From Basidiobolus meristosporus CBS 931.73 (lineage: Eukaryota; Fungi; Basidiobolomycota), in NCBI GenBank assembly GCA_002104905.1, contig MCFE01000656.1, positions 1 to 49,312 on the forward strand: a stretch of DNA of 49,312 nucleotides, in the 5' to 3' direction. This document shows, in pieces, positions 10,809 through 23,951 of the stretch (position 1 is the first letter of the stretch; every line of letters starts with the position of its first letter). The notes under the pieces were generated by a model. It was not told the DNA's origin. It made no database searches and saw nothing but the letters and a program-made list of their open reading frames with translations. The translations under genes and the position numbers were made by a program.

Positions 10809-12477
10809 TTAAAGCTCATGAACCTTCTCCCCCTCGGGTAGCACTCCACCTTTCTGAGCCCTAATCAAGAGTCGCTGGGCCCATCTGACCACTGGCATAT
10901 CAATCCTATCAAAAATTCGCCTTGTTTAGCAGGAGGATAGAGGGTTGGTCTTAAGAAGCCACTTACATCTTTCCTTCTAATGAGAAAGCGCCCACTCCCT
11001 TCTCCTTGAATTCCACATATCCTATAAATAGAGCCGGTTGGTGACCTTTGCTAGGAGATTCCGGTGTTTGCATGCATCCTACCTTTCATCACCTTCAAAG
11101 CCCTCTCGATCTCTGCATTTTATATGTATTGAGGTTAGCATCTGGGTATGAACGAAGAACAATCGCCGGTGACTGACCATTGTGAGAGGGAAGGAAGACT
11201 CTTTGAATAGTTTCAACTTGCTTGGGATGAACTGCTTGCTATGCAGGGATTAAGTGTGGTGAACGGGAAGTGTGGCGAAAATAAATATTTACCTTGCCAG
11301 TAAAGCCCATCTCACGCCCCTCGTCACACTCTTCCTGAAGGATCTTTTCATTCTCGTAATCGACACACACCTGAACATGAAGATGGTTACATTCGCAGGT
11401 TAAAAGCCCTTGCTGGGTTGCTCACTCACCAGGTCGATTGCCTGTAGATTGTATGCCTTGGCTGTGGTCACGACTGCAGATCTGGCGTAAAGCATCTCCA
11501 ATCTGGAAGGGGTGCGGATCATTTGCAAGTCAGCGCAGAAATCCTCAGCAGCAAACTACACGACAACGAGAACGATTTAAACGAAGGCCGACATTCTACA
11601 ACTGAATGGCTGTACTCACGACCAGAGCGTCAACTCTTGGGTCGCACGTAGCGATTTCCTTCATATTCATGATTCCAAGGGCGCTCTCGATAGAGGCTAG
11701 AATACGAATATCCTTACGGCTGCACGTCATCGAATTAAGCCTAGCTCCGTTGTAAACTTGATGGCAAGGACGAAACTTACGTGATTTCTGGAGCCACGGT
11801 ATCGATCATCTGGCTGACAAATTGAATGTCTTTGGCCGACTGCACCTTAGGGATAACGATAGCCTCTAGTCTTTTCGAACGAAGCTGAGCAAAAGTTAGT
11901 AATCTTTCTATCACATTCGCAAAAATGCCACTTACAACTACGTTAAGATCATCCAACTCGAGTCCTAAAATTCTCTATCGATTATGCTCTGTCTGAAGTA
12001 CTCCAATGAAATGTTTACCCGGTATTACCTGAACCAATCGCATTGATTCGGACCGCCTTCTCAGCTTTCCTGTGTTCTGAAGCCTGGAGGTACAGTTAAC
12101 AAAGCCCTCCACCTAAGGGCAAGAGCATAGGCTTACCTCCAACGTATCTAGCACCAGCTCGCGTGCGGTTCCCTTTCTATTCAGTGATACACTATCCTCC
12201 AAATCATATACGAGACAATCTGCAGCAAGGCCGAGCGATTTTTTAAGCTTGCGCTCATCACTACCAGGCACTAAACCACGCTTAGAAAGATCAATCTGCC
12301 AAACAGGGCTTTAAGAAAGGGGAGTAAATACCATAGAAGATGCTCCTTCTTAGTCTTTCCTTTGCTTCAATAGAATCAGTGGTGGTCGCTGGGGTCGAGA
12401 AATATCTGGCGCCGCTTCCATAAATGCAGTTCCTGGACAAAACGCTGCACTAGTGGGAGGTTTCTTTGCAACAACAT
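10809..12477 (-). CDS. Citrate lyase beta-like / HpcH-HpaI aldolase family protein (CLYBL-like), mitochondrial; apparent +1 frameshift near the start
   Basis: Multi-exon product with RRSIFYVPGSDERK, DCLVYDLEDSV, VRINAIGS, IVIPKVQS, IESALG, FAAEDFCAD, GFTGKQAIHPKQV and IDMPVVRWA. The N-terminus joins only if one A of 12439-12442 is removed. Confidence 0.85.
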
Positions 12478-12676
12478 GACGTACTCGGAATAAACGCTTT
12501 TCAAGAGGCTTGGTTACGTCGAGTCGACTTTTGACTACCGATGGGAATTCAATTCCTTGTGACCGTATCCATGAACGTGATGGGCCAATAAGCTCATATG
12601 GAATTGGAGTTCTGGATGCACCTCAAGACCCCACTTGTTTGATCCAATGATCCTCCAATGATCCCATGCCCATGGA

Positions 12677-12687
12677 TGAAAAATTTC
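12677..12687 (+). promoter_or_regulatory. RRPE-like motif (TGAAAAATTTC) upstream of RPS13
   Basis: Matches the yeast RRPE consensus about 100 bp before the RPS13 ATG. Function in this organism is inferred only. Confidence 0.35.
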
Positions 12688-12788
12688 TTTTACAGCGACT
12701 GACTTAAAACGTAGATGGCTACCTAAGCAACCATCCTTTCTGCTCCTTTGCACGGATTTTCTTCTTCCCGTTGAGCTAATCTATCAAA

Positions 12789-13308
12789 ATGGGTCGCATG
12801 CACACACCTGGGTACGTCTATCTATTGACGAAGTATACATCCATTCCAACACACTAACGTTCTCGTGTATTATAGTAAGGGCATTGCCTCTTCTGCCCTC
12901 CCCTATCGTCGTACTCCTCCTTCCTGGGTCAAGTCCACCCCTGAGGAAGTTTGCGAACACATCTGCAAACTCGCCAAGAAGGGTATGACTCCTTCCCAAA
13001 TCGGTGTTCTTCTCAGAGATTCCCACGGTATCCCCCAAGTTAGAAGCGTTACCGGTAACAAGGTTCTTCGTATCTTGAAGAGCAACGGTTTGGCTCCTGA
13101 GATCCCCGAGGATCTTTACCACCTCATCAAGAAGGCTGTTGCCGTTCGTAAGCATTTGGAACGTAACAGAAAGGATGCTGACTCCAAGTACCGTTTGATT
13201 CTTATCGAATCCAGAATTCACAGATTGGCTCGTTACTACAAGACTGCCGGTCAATTGGCTCCTAACTGGAAGTATGAATCTTCCACTGCTTCTGCCTTGG
13301 TCGCTTAA
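12789..13308 (+). CDS. RPS13: 40S ribosomal protein S13 (uS15)
   Basis: MGRMHTPG, an intron, then [17 protein letters not shown]...[21 protein letters not shown]. Confidence 0.98.
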
Positions 13309-13726
13309 TTTTTCTTGATCGGGATCTTATATCGAAGTAATAAAAGCATGAGACAATAACATCCGCTTTGATTCGTATTTATTCATCTGGAGTGCATATA
13401 TGTTTTGTGGTTGTATGCGTTTGTAATAGGCATTCGCCGTGTCATCGTGTGGACGGAGGTGCCCATAGATACACGGGCACCAGTGTTGTGTATTAATACT
13501 CAGCATTGTGTTGGGATATTCCTTACTGATCCATAAACAAAATCATCCTGGTTGATGATCAAGCCGGGATCAGAATAGACAATCAACCTCGTATTGATCA
13601 TTACACAAACAAAAAAAAAAGGTGCAAACGCGATTCTGAGTTGAGAACTTAGAGAAGCGATTAGGCGGTAACCAATTTCACGACTGTAAACAACCCCATC
13701 AACACTAGGTGAATCTACACATCACC

Positions 13727-16700
13727 ATGGTTTCTTTCCAAGACGTCATAGAGATCGCTCCTTATCCACACAAGTTCGACTATACCGAATCCTACTGTGG
13801 CGGCGGTTTCTCGAAAGCCTCGGACGCACAATGGTTTTATAGATACGACACCAATTTACTCGAGGTCAGAGACGTAGATTCGTGTCACAGCGAGGTTTTT
13901 GCTTCGTTAGATGTTAAAAGATTGGCAGAGGATGAGTTGGAGGAGGTGAGAAAGCGCGTAACTTCATTCTCTACTCGTTCGATTTCTAACTGCTCCTATC
14001 GCCCCGTTGCTAGCTGGACATTGCCTGCGTAACTGATGCTCTAATTAACGAGGAGCAATACTTGATCGTGGGAACCAAGGATGTCTTGTCTTCTACCTGC
14101 AAGATGCATCTTTTCAATCCACTCACCTTAGAGATTACCACGCTTCCTTTCTCATTCACAGGAAATATTTCAGCGATGGCGATCTCAAAAGATTTCGCAT
14201 ACGAGGTAAATAGCCAGAATTCCTCGTTAACTATCGGCGATCTAATCTTGATGTTCACTTGTAGTCCTCGGTTTATGGGACCTGCGTCTGCAACCTTTTA
14301 GTGATCGGGCTAACGGACTCCAAGGTTCTACTTTACCAGTTCTTCTCTTATCCTAACGGTGGTCAATGCATAGACTTTGAGGTGATTATACCTTGTTACA
14401 GAATGAGGGGAAATGCAAACAGTTATCTAATTTTTATTTCTTGCAGACCACATATCGCGAGTGCTCAATTCCGAAGATAGGGATGGTAAAGAGTTTGTTG
14501 AAGAATTGTTTCTGCGGCATTTCATTGACTCTAGTCATGTTAGATTACCGCCCTAGCTGTATATACCCCTAGCCAGTTTGAAGATACTGAGAGCTACTCG
14601 CCAGTAATTATCGTTGGTAGCGGTACAGGGAAGATCGAAGCCTTCCGGTACACCGGCGAACGGAAGAGCGAAATCAAACCTATTATCAAGATATCCGGCC
14701 AAGATCACCCAGGTAAGCCAACGGCTTATCCACGCGGCCATATCTGAATTATCTAACCTCTCAGCAAACAAAGGGGCCGTGACTAGTTTGGTTATCAAAT
14801 CGATTGACGGAGGACAGTTCAAACATGGCTCTACCATATTTCTCTTTGCTGGATATGGCACGTTAGGCAAAGCCACCAAGAGGTAATCTCTTTTCGAGAA
14901 ATCACATTCACAGTTACTTACATTCGGCTCACTGATAGCCCCTCGAGACCAGTCGTGGACATATATCAGATTAGGCTGTCTACTTGCGAATACAGGCAGC
15001 TAGGAAAGGTCAAGAGCAACATCAAAGCCTTGGACCAGTTTTCAGGCGGTATCCCACAGGCGGTCTCCTGCGTAGAAGGTAGTGTATAGTAGATTTGTAT
15101 GCACATATGGTTGCGGTCATTCACCCCTTGCTGTCTCAGAAAATGACTGCTATTATCTCATCTCCTCGTTCCTCAATCGAATGAGCAATAAGCAGATCAG
15201 ATCGGAATTGGTGGTGTCCCGCATCCACGGAAGTAGAATAGAGGAAGTACTGAGAGAAGATATCGGCTCAAGCTACGCCGAACTTTTATTGGTAAGAGGC
15301 AAGATGGTGCGCCTCCATATTTACGACAGCATTTAACCAATGTTTTCCAGGATATCTTCCCGCAAAAAGGCTCGTTGGAATGTTCAATGCTCTTTTTGAA
15401 CAAGATTGGCATCTATGTAGGCCTTTCGGACATTAAGGGCGAAAACATGCTCATATCTGACATGGTGGACTACCCAGAGTTCGACAGATGGTTCGATCTT
15501 CATCCCGATAGCTTCCCCTACTCTGCAAAGGCCATCAGTCAGATCTGCTCCATCCGCGACAGAGAAGATGGCATTTTGTTTGTTGACCACCTGCTGGAAT
15601 TCGCTGGCCTCCAGGTGGGCTCCTTGTACCCACCCCAAAATGCCACCCAGTTGAAGGAGCTTGTGTCAGCTGTCCTTGATTGTGAGCTAGATATCTTAAA
15701 GAAGCACTGCATTCTGTACTACTTCCTCAAGGATTACCAAGACGCTACGCTTTCCGAGCGCTATGCCAGTCATTATCTTATACCCTCTCACTTCCAAAGT
15801 CTATTGAATGGGTATTGGTGCCTTGACCACGATGACCATAGAGCTGCTCTAACCTACCTTGCCGATCCTTCAGTCGAGGCTGACTGGGCCAGCAAGATCG
15901 TCAAATCTTTCTACAAAAACGGGTATTCAAGCGAGGCGTTGGAATTCATTCAAATGACACATCCCCTACTGGAGGAAGAGGAGGACGTTTTGCTTCAGAT
16001 GAACATTCTACTCAAGTGTGACCTTGCTCAGGCCTTTGCATTCCAACGTTCTGTGGAGGAAGCTGATCTTCAGGGAGATCTACTACATTTATTATTCGAG
16101 TTTTGCTTCTCGGAAGAAGCATATCAGCAAGCCTTGGGCCGACTCCTGCATATTCCTCTCCTCCCAAGAGAGGAGGCCTACATGATCGAGGTGTGCTCGA
16201 GTGCAAAGAACCACATTGCTCAAGACTACTTGGTCATGTACTACATTCACCATGGAAGGTACGTAGAGGCTATCAAAGCTCACACTAGAGCCAAGTACGA
16301 GGAATCTTATGCTGGTGGCTCTGTTCGAAAATCGGTAGTCGATCGCGAGGTCATCATTGACAATCTAAAGCTTGTGCTGCCCGAGATCCAAAGGAATATC
16401 TTGGCCCTTGAACTTGCCCAGATTGTCCCTGGATATCAGGCCGACTCTCTCGAAGATGATGATATTGAAATGGTTGATATCAACGAGAGAGGAAGCACCA
16501 TTCTCTCAAAGCCCCAGGTGGTGGAGTCTATTTCAACTCAAATTAGCAGCCAAGTTGCACCACTCTCTGCCGCCAAGTCGATCAGACAAACCCTTCCTCA
16601 GTTGAATAGTGAGGACGGTGTGGCCAGCCCACAAACCGTGCTTATCAAAGCACTGATGAAGCAAATGATACGTAAGAAAGCCACCATCCCAGCCTCGCCT

Positions 16701-17654
16701 TTGAAATCGTCCTCCGTGCACGCCAGCTCTCCATTTGCCAAGTCCGTCTCATCAGCCACTCCAAAGAAAGAAAAGCAGGTGCCACGCTCTGTCCAGGCCT
16801 CCAGCCCGTTTTCCGGGCCTCCCTCTACCCCTCAACCGGAAGTCATTCAAAGAATTCGCGAGTCAACCTCCCCTCAACTCGCCGGCAATGAATCCACCGG
16901 TATGGACACCCCGTCCAACTTCAAGAACAGCTCTCGCCAAGTCAGATTTTCGAATATCGCTCTTATTGACACCGACGATGAGGACAGCCCCTACCAAATC
17001 GCTCTTTCACCTGAGGCTATAGGCAGCAGCTCTCCCGCCCGCAAGCCAATGAGAAAGACACCAGCCCGCTCCAAGCGGTATTCTATCGGAAGCCGCGGGA
17101 TCGAGTTCACACCTCAAAAGCCACCCATTGCTCCAGACAGTGTTATTCGATCGGCACGAAGCACCACTAGAACCAGCCGCAGCAAGCTCTCCCTGAACCC
17201 TCAAGAGTCTACCCCCTCCACTGATCACTCACGCGTAAGAAAGGTGCAGCAGTCCCCACAAAGCAGTGAGACTAGAAGCGAGGTGAGCGATGATGAGCCT
17301 GATAACCTGCCCCTTCCCCGTGAAAAGAGAAGCAAGCCATCAGTGAGAACAGGCACTGCTGGATCCATTCTTCGCAAAAGCGGTAGACGTAATTCCGTAG
17401 ATGCCTCAGACACTCCTGGTGGCTATCCGAGACCAGATTTCTCCAAGGAGTCGGAAGACGACTCGGTCATGAGCGAAAATGCCAACGACGAGGTGTCTCT
17501 GGTTGAGGAAACGCGCGAGGTGGTAGAAATAAGTCAGACCATTGAAACCGAAGTGAAATCTCCCAGACCCGGCCGTAAATTGCGTGCGCAACTACCTGGT
17601 ATGCCTAGAAGATCACCCAGACACAATCGCATGGATATGAACGAGGATGATTGA
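13727..17654 (+). CDS. ELYS-like nucleoporin with a beta-strand-rich N-terminus and a long disordered C-terminus
   Basis: The last exon contains the ELYS helical signature (LYPP...KHCILYYFLKDY...FQSLLNGYWCLDH). Eight upstream exons can be joined in phase from ATG 13727. Confidence 0.8.
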
Positions 17655-18154
17655 ACATAGATCAGTTTTTTATTGCATCTTGTATATTGCTTATATTTCC
17701 TTTACCCGAGCAAAAGTCGTCTTCTCCCCCGTGCTTGGACTTTTTCGTGGGATAATGTGTACGGGGCTCCACTTATTTCTGTCATGTATCAACCACCCTT
17801 TCAAATGAATGAAATCCAAACCACGTGCTCGGTTTATATTCACGCAACATTGTGGTGTGCGCTATGTGCTTCTGTGGTGTGGTTTAGAATCCATCCAAAA
17901 ATTTGGACCAAATAAATGAAATCCAATCCAAACAAACCACCGCCAATGATCCATTATCCACATTACCTGAAATTACCCGCACTTTGACTTGAATTTCGTT
18001 AAAAAAAATTCATGTTTTTGTGATTCCGAGTCGATTGGATTTGTGGAAATTTGAAAACATTCACTTGGAATATTGCTCATATCATTGTGGAAGCCAGTGC
18101 TAGATTTCCGCTGGCCATACGCATCCTTAGTTCACAGATACTGAATACCGTCTT

Positions 18155-20836
18155 ATGGCCACGACTACGCCCCAGCAAGATCCTCACAAGCGGATCGCAT
18201 TCTTCGAATCGCTAAACATGCATTCTCCCCTTGCTTCCGCTCAAAGGCCCCAAAGATCCTTACCAGAGGAAAAAGCTGATGCACCTCCTTCGACCCCTCT
18301 AAGCTCCCTCTCTCATACTCTATCTAGCACAAGCTTGCGCTCTCCAGCTTCTTTCACCCCAAATAATTTAGCGCGTCAACGTGTACCTGCAACCCCCGAG
18401 GGCCGTCGGGAGGAGCCGTCTGCTTTTCCTAGCAACTTGGACTACAATCGCGAACCAGCAAAAGAGATCCCATTTACCCCTACCGCACAAACCACTGGTT
18501 ATAGCCAGAGTGTATCCACCCCAAGGGCAATTCAGCAAAGTCCAAACAGCCCTACGCCTCCTGGAAACTGGGAACATCCTGCTTTAGCATCCCTGGAAAA
18601 GGCCCGGAGAAAAAAAGGAATCACCAGTGAAACACCCGCCCGAGTTCGCAACAACTTCTTTGCTCTGGTGTGTTTGTATTTGCTTTCCAGCTCCAAGGCG
18701 CATATAGACACAATTCAAGCCATTAGGGACTTTTGGTCGAAAAGGGGCGGACATGGTTGTTGGATTAGAGTATCTGTTGTTCCTGGTCTTTTTGTGGAAC
18801 TTCCTGGAAGCTTTGTGGAAATACTTCAAACCAGCGGAGGCCTACGCTGATTTGCCCCTTACACCAGGGCAGCGAAAGCTCCTTGGGCTTGATCCCAAGG
18901 TGCAGTCCACAGCTTCAGAGAAGGTTATCAAGGCAGTTACTCCACCTACGTGCAAGAAATCCCCGTCCATAGCCAAGCCTAACAAATCAGGAACCCCAGG
19001 GAAATCATATATCGAGACTTACATGGAGAGAAGATACTCTGGCACCCCAACCCCCTCAAGGTCGTCACTTCGCTTCGGTAACAGCGTGCTTGGCTCTCCT
19101 CTAAGCCCCTCACGCAACGCCAGAGCCCACCCCAGCGCCTCAATAATGGGTGACCAACTTGGTGCGTCTACCTCAGGTAAGCATGGATTACATCACAGAA
19201 CAAGTGAAAGACATTGCTAATTCTAGCTGTTAGTTGGTTTGGAATACGAGGCCATCAGGTCAACCTCCGAAGTCGAGCAAATGCTTGAGCTAGATTCCGA
19301 CGAAAGCAAAAGTAATTTTCCTGCCCGGATGGGTGCGCCATGTCGGATATTAACTTGTTGTTTTCGTAGATAGCGACTTTCGTGCAGACACCAACCCAGT
19401 CGGACTCAGCAATCTCTTCTCTTCGACGATACCTTTACAGAAGTACTATACTGCTGTCCAGGACTCTCCCTCGACGAAAGAGACCGCCAAGATTGAACAC
19501 ATGATCGACGGGTTTATTTATCAAGATCCACAAACAGTAAGCTAGGCCCATCTAGTGGTGTGACGAGCCAGGTTATTGACCGTAAGATATAGGTTCTCGA
19601 CGATCTTGGTATCGACGATAAGATCGATGCTTGGGGTGAAAACATGCGCAGGGTAAGCGGAGTACGATAAACCAGGTGGACTCGACTAACCAATTGTTCA
19701 GTGGATAGCTACCAAGGTTTTGCACCCTCTGGTTGACGGTATGCACCAGATCGATCGAATCCTCCACGAAAACGGTTTGGAGCACCTGGATTGCAAATCA
19801 GCCTCTTACTTGAAGAGTAGCGCATTGGCCGTCTCTAACGCCGTGGCCAACTCCACCACAGCCCCAAGCAGCGGAGCCCCAGGTAGACTAAGCTGCCTTA
19901 TCACCATACTCACCCGATGCTGACTGCAGACCTTTGTAGGCTCCATGTTTGGCTCCACAGGCAACAACATGAGTCTTTTTGGCAACAGCAGCCTCGCCAG
20001 CAGCCAGTCGCAAAAGCCACAGAACTTGTTTGACCTCAGCCAGAAGTTCTCGCACGTTCGTATCTCCTGAGCACATCCCACACCGACACCAGTTGGCTGA
20101 CTATTCTGCAGATTCCCATCACTCAGGAACGCCTCAAAATAGAAAAATATCTCACCATCCCTGGCTTCGATGCGCGGGAATATATTGTCGAACGCATTGA
20201 AACTCTCGCCCGTGGGCATGCCATGGCTGCATATCGCTGGGAAACCGGGGCCACTCATTGGGGGGCCAATAAGACTTGGAATACGGACCTCCCTACCGAC
20301 GCCCAGGTGAGCTTTTTTGGTGGATTTTCGTGATCCGCGGGGGGATTCTAACGCACCGTCTATCCTAGATCGTGATCCATCTCTTCTGTGCCTTCATGGA
20401 TCTGGCCATGCCTGCAGAGACCATCACCGCTTTCGGCGGAAGCCCATTCACCTTCCGCCACTTCGTCCCTGTGGATGGCAAACCAGGTAAGCATGCGCGT
20501 GCGATGTAGAGATGATGATGTTGACTGCTCACCCTTCCTAGACGCCAAGGACTCCATCGTGCAAATCAAGCAATTGACAAGGAACCCCCCGCATTTCTGC
20601 ATATTGGTTGGCAACAAATGCTGTGATGTCTATCCCGTAAGTCCCAGCATGATCCATTGTAGTGGTGGTGGTGGTCTAATCAGATTTCCCCCCAATAGCA
20701 ACGTAGCAATCTATTCCAAACCCTAGCCCTGTTTGTCCATTACATCAAGACTGAGAGTGCCGGTTATCTGGGCGTGCTCAACATCAATGGGAAAGCCCTG
20801 GACCTTGAGTCGGTTCTTGAGAAGGACTATGACTAA
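18155..20836 (+). CDS. TMEM209 / Pom34-related nuclear envelope protein; apparent frameshift or short intron near 18700
   Basis: WEHPAL...RVRNN, then LWNFLEALWKYF...LPLTPGQRKLLGLDP, then C-terminal LPTDAQIVIHLFCAFMD and NLFQTLALFVHYIKTESAGYLGVLNI. These are typical of the TMEM209 family as I recall it. Confidence 0.75.
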
Positions 20837-21167
20837 TCGCCGAGGATCCTGAGAATGCAGCCGATTCAACGTGATCACCATAGATAACAATAAATACAAT
20901 AAACAAACCCCGATTTTCATATGAAGAATCATGTGCGTGTCAGATGTGAGGGTTTAGGTCGATTTACATGTCTCGTTATACAGGATGACTAAGTGACTAT
21001 GCCATTCCACCAAAATATCTCCCCCTAACTTTCACACACCTCCTTTTCTCAATATAAAGGAGTATTCTTGTGAGCTCGGCGAAGTTGTTGATATACAGAG
21101 GGAAAGACGACTTTGTTTGTTTAAGTGCCTGACATTTTCTTCTACTTGAGACTACCGGTTACTATAA

Positions 21168-21901
21168 ATGGCGATTATCAGCACACTCCAAGAGTTCGTT
21201 CTTGATCCTCAGAACCATGAGTTTCTCTCGATCGTCAAAGGCTTTCGAAACGGTCTTGTGTACGGTACCAAGATCCGCTTTCCCCATGCCTTGGTAATGA
21301 CCTTCCTGTTCCGCTCCGGAAGGTAAATTTGTTCGTTCTCTCAAACGGTTTATGAGTCGGTTGAGTGACGCCGTTTTGTTGCGACTAGTTTGCAGGATAA
21401 GGCGAAGGCGATCTTCAAAGCAACCAAGGCACACGCTCGCAACCTTGCCTTCTTCGTGACAATCTACAAAACCATCATGTTCCTGCAGCAGCGCCTCCAA
21501 GGAAAAGAACACAACCACCACTCGTTCGTTGCCGGCCTAATCGGAGGGTACTTTGTATTCGGGGATAATAACAATGTCAACAACCAAGTACGAAAACCAC
21601 TTCCTTTCCTTCCAAGGGAACCCCCAGTTTGATTAACCATCCTTTGTCCTCGTAGATCGTTCTATATCTGTTCTCTCGTATCCTTATTGGCCTCGCCAAA
21701 CTCATGGTGAAACGGCAAGTGGTAGAGGAGCCACAGCACACCTTCCCAGTGTTCGCCGCTGTGGTATGGGGCATTGTTATGTGGCTATTCCGACACGATA
21801 GAGACACTCTACAGCCATCTCTACAAGCCTCCATGCAATATCTGTATCTAGACTCCAACAAGTGGAACTCATTGAAGAATTTCCTCTGGCACAACAAATA
21901 A
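21168..21901 (+). CDS. PXMP4: Peroxisomal membrane protein 4 (PXMP4/PMP24, Tim17/22 family)
   Basis: KGFRNGLVYGTKIRFPHALVMTFLF...HARNLAFFV...YLFSRILIGL...LQPSLQASMQYLY. Two introns. Confidence 0.93.
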
Positions 21902-22045
21902 TCCCTCTCTCATCCTTTCTTCACTCTCACACCTCATCTCACTTCCCCAAAATTAGCTGATAATAAATGGTACCCATACGCGCGCAGAAGTGCCATTTAA
22001 TGATTACATAAGAGTATTTGAAACACAAAAGTCATCCCGTATTGC

Positions 22046-23153
22046 TTACACAATACGTTCTAATTCACGAGCGTAATTCAAACTCTGGGCAATGATCTTG
22101 TTTGTTGGGATATCGACCACCTCTTCGTGCTTGGTGGTGAAGTAGATCTTCTTGTCGGTTGGGTTGATCGTCCAACCACGCTACGAACACGGCGGTGATT
22201 CGTTTAGTGGAAATCCAGTGAATTACGATCATGAGTCATTCCCCTTACCTCGTGAGCAAAAGTCAAGACGTCCTCTAGCTTCTTAAAGAATAACAAAGTG
22301 GCAGCGTCTCCCAATGGCAAGCTCTCGTAGGCCTTCTCGCTGCAGCTAGCGATTTCGTTTCTATTGTCGCATGTTTAATTACTGCTGGTGGAACCACCGA
22401 ACCACCCATATCACCTACCTAATGGTCTCCATAAGAATATCGATGAAGAATGAGTACTCCTCAGCCGGAACTTCTGAGCGAGAGTTCCACACCTTGTTGT
22501 AACTTCCCTCCATTAGGGATTGCTCCAATTCCACTGGGTGCTTGATGTAAGGGTTGTTGTGAAGTTGGTCAGGCTCAATGGATTCCAAAGAGGTGTGAAA
22601 TTCTGAAATCTTGTTCTGGGCCAGAAGGCGCAACAGGTTCAATCCAATCAAGGGGTACATCTTCTCCGAAACGGGAAGCTGAGAGCTTTGGAACGGAAGT
22701 TAGGGTTGGGGAAGCGTAACAAACTTGAGAAACAGCGTATAACAAACCTATAGTCGCTGTAGTAGGTTCTAAGCTGGGCGATGTAGCGCTCGAAAGAGGG
22801 AACATCCTTGGCACGGATGCTCCACTGAGCACCAATCTCAAGAATCTCGCCTGTGTTGGATAGGCACAGTTTAGGAGGTTACGCCAACAATAACAGCCAT
22901 TGGACAAAAGGACTTACGGGAAAGCAAAAGAGTCTCTTGAGTGGCCTTTTCATCGCCATGGACGAGGAAGGACAATTCGGTCAAGGCAATCTATACAAAC
23001 GGATGTCAGTATCCTTCCAAGTACACACCATAGAGAGGGGAAGTGTACTTTGAGTTTACTCAGGAGCTCACCGCATTTGTCGATGTTGCAGCTGGGGGAG
23101 TTGAACTCCACTTTGAGGCTCTCGTACAATGCCTTGGTCTCGTTTAAACTCAT
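22046..23153 (-). CDS. RPN12: 26S proteasome lid subunit Rpn12
   Basis: [12 protein letters not shown]...[51 protein letters not shown], and C-terminal [10 protein letters not shown]. Confidence 0.95.
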
Positions 23154-23442
23154 TTCGCTGCTATGTTATGTTCTCCGTTCACGGTACAAATCCGATATGG
23201 ATTTGTAGGAAAACCACCCTCAGAAAATTGATTACGTAGCTAAGACTCTGCGTAATATTCCCTATTCCACCATCATCACCAATCCCTATATCCAAGCGTG
23301 GTTGATACGAAGAAAAAAGGATCTGAGATTGCAGCCCGGATGATTGGTGGAGAGCAGGAGGGGGAGAAAAAATTTACCTAGTATAACAGGTGGTGGTAGC
23401 TGTCTTTCATCCTTCTCTTTTCCATCCACTGGACTTGTAGAC

Positions 23443-23654
23443 ATGGTAAGATAATGGATGGTTGATAGACTTACGTACGATGGCCCGACGCTAACCCCCT
23501 GCCTCTTTAGCCTACCAGACTTCACCACAATAGAAAGAAGCGCGGACACGTTTCCGCCGGTCACGGTCGTGTTGGTAAACACAGAAAACATCCAGGAGGT
23601 CGTGGTCTTGCCGGTGGTCAACACCACCACCGTATCAACATGGACAAATACCAT

Positions 23655-23688
<34 letters not shown>

Positions 23689-23951
23689 TCCACTTGACCC
23701 GCAACAAGTACTACCGCCCCGTCGTCAACGTTGACAAATTGTGGACCTTGGTCTCTGACCAAACCCGTGTCAAGTATGGTCAAAACAAGGAGGTCGTCCC
23801 TGTTATTGACGCCGTTCGTGCTGGCTTCGGCAAGGTCCTTGGTAAGGGACGTCTTCCCGAGCAACCCGTCATCGTCAAGACTCGCTACATCTCTCGTCGT
23901 GCCGAACAAAAGATCAAGGAAACTGGTGGTTGTGTTGTGCTCACCGCCTAA
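23443..23951 (+). CDS. RPL27A: 60S ribosomal protein uL15 (L27a; yeast L28)
   Basis: First coding exon is ATG only, intron 23446-23510, then [32 protein letters not shown]...[17 protein letters not shown]. Confidence 0.98.

Noticed and set aside
22920-22960. Suspected frameshift in RPN12
   Set aside because: Recounting the T run gives an intact [13 protein letters not shown] frame.
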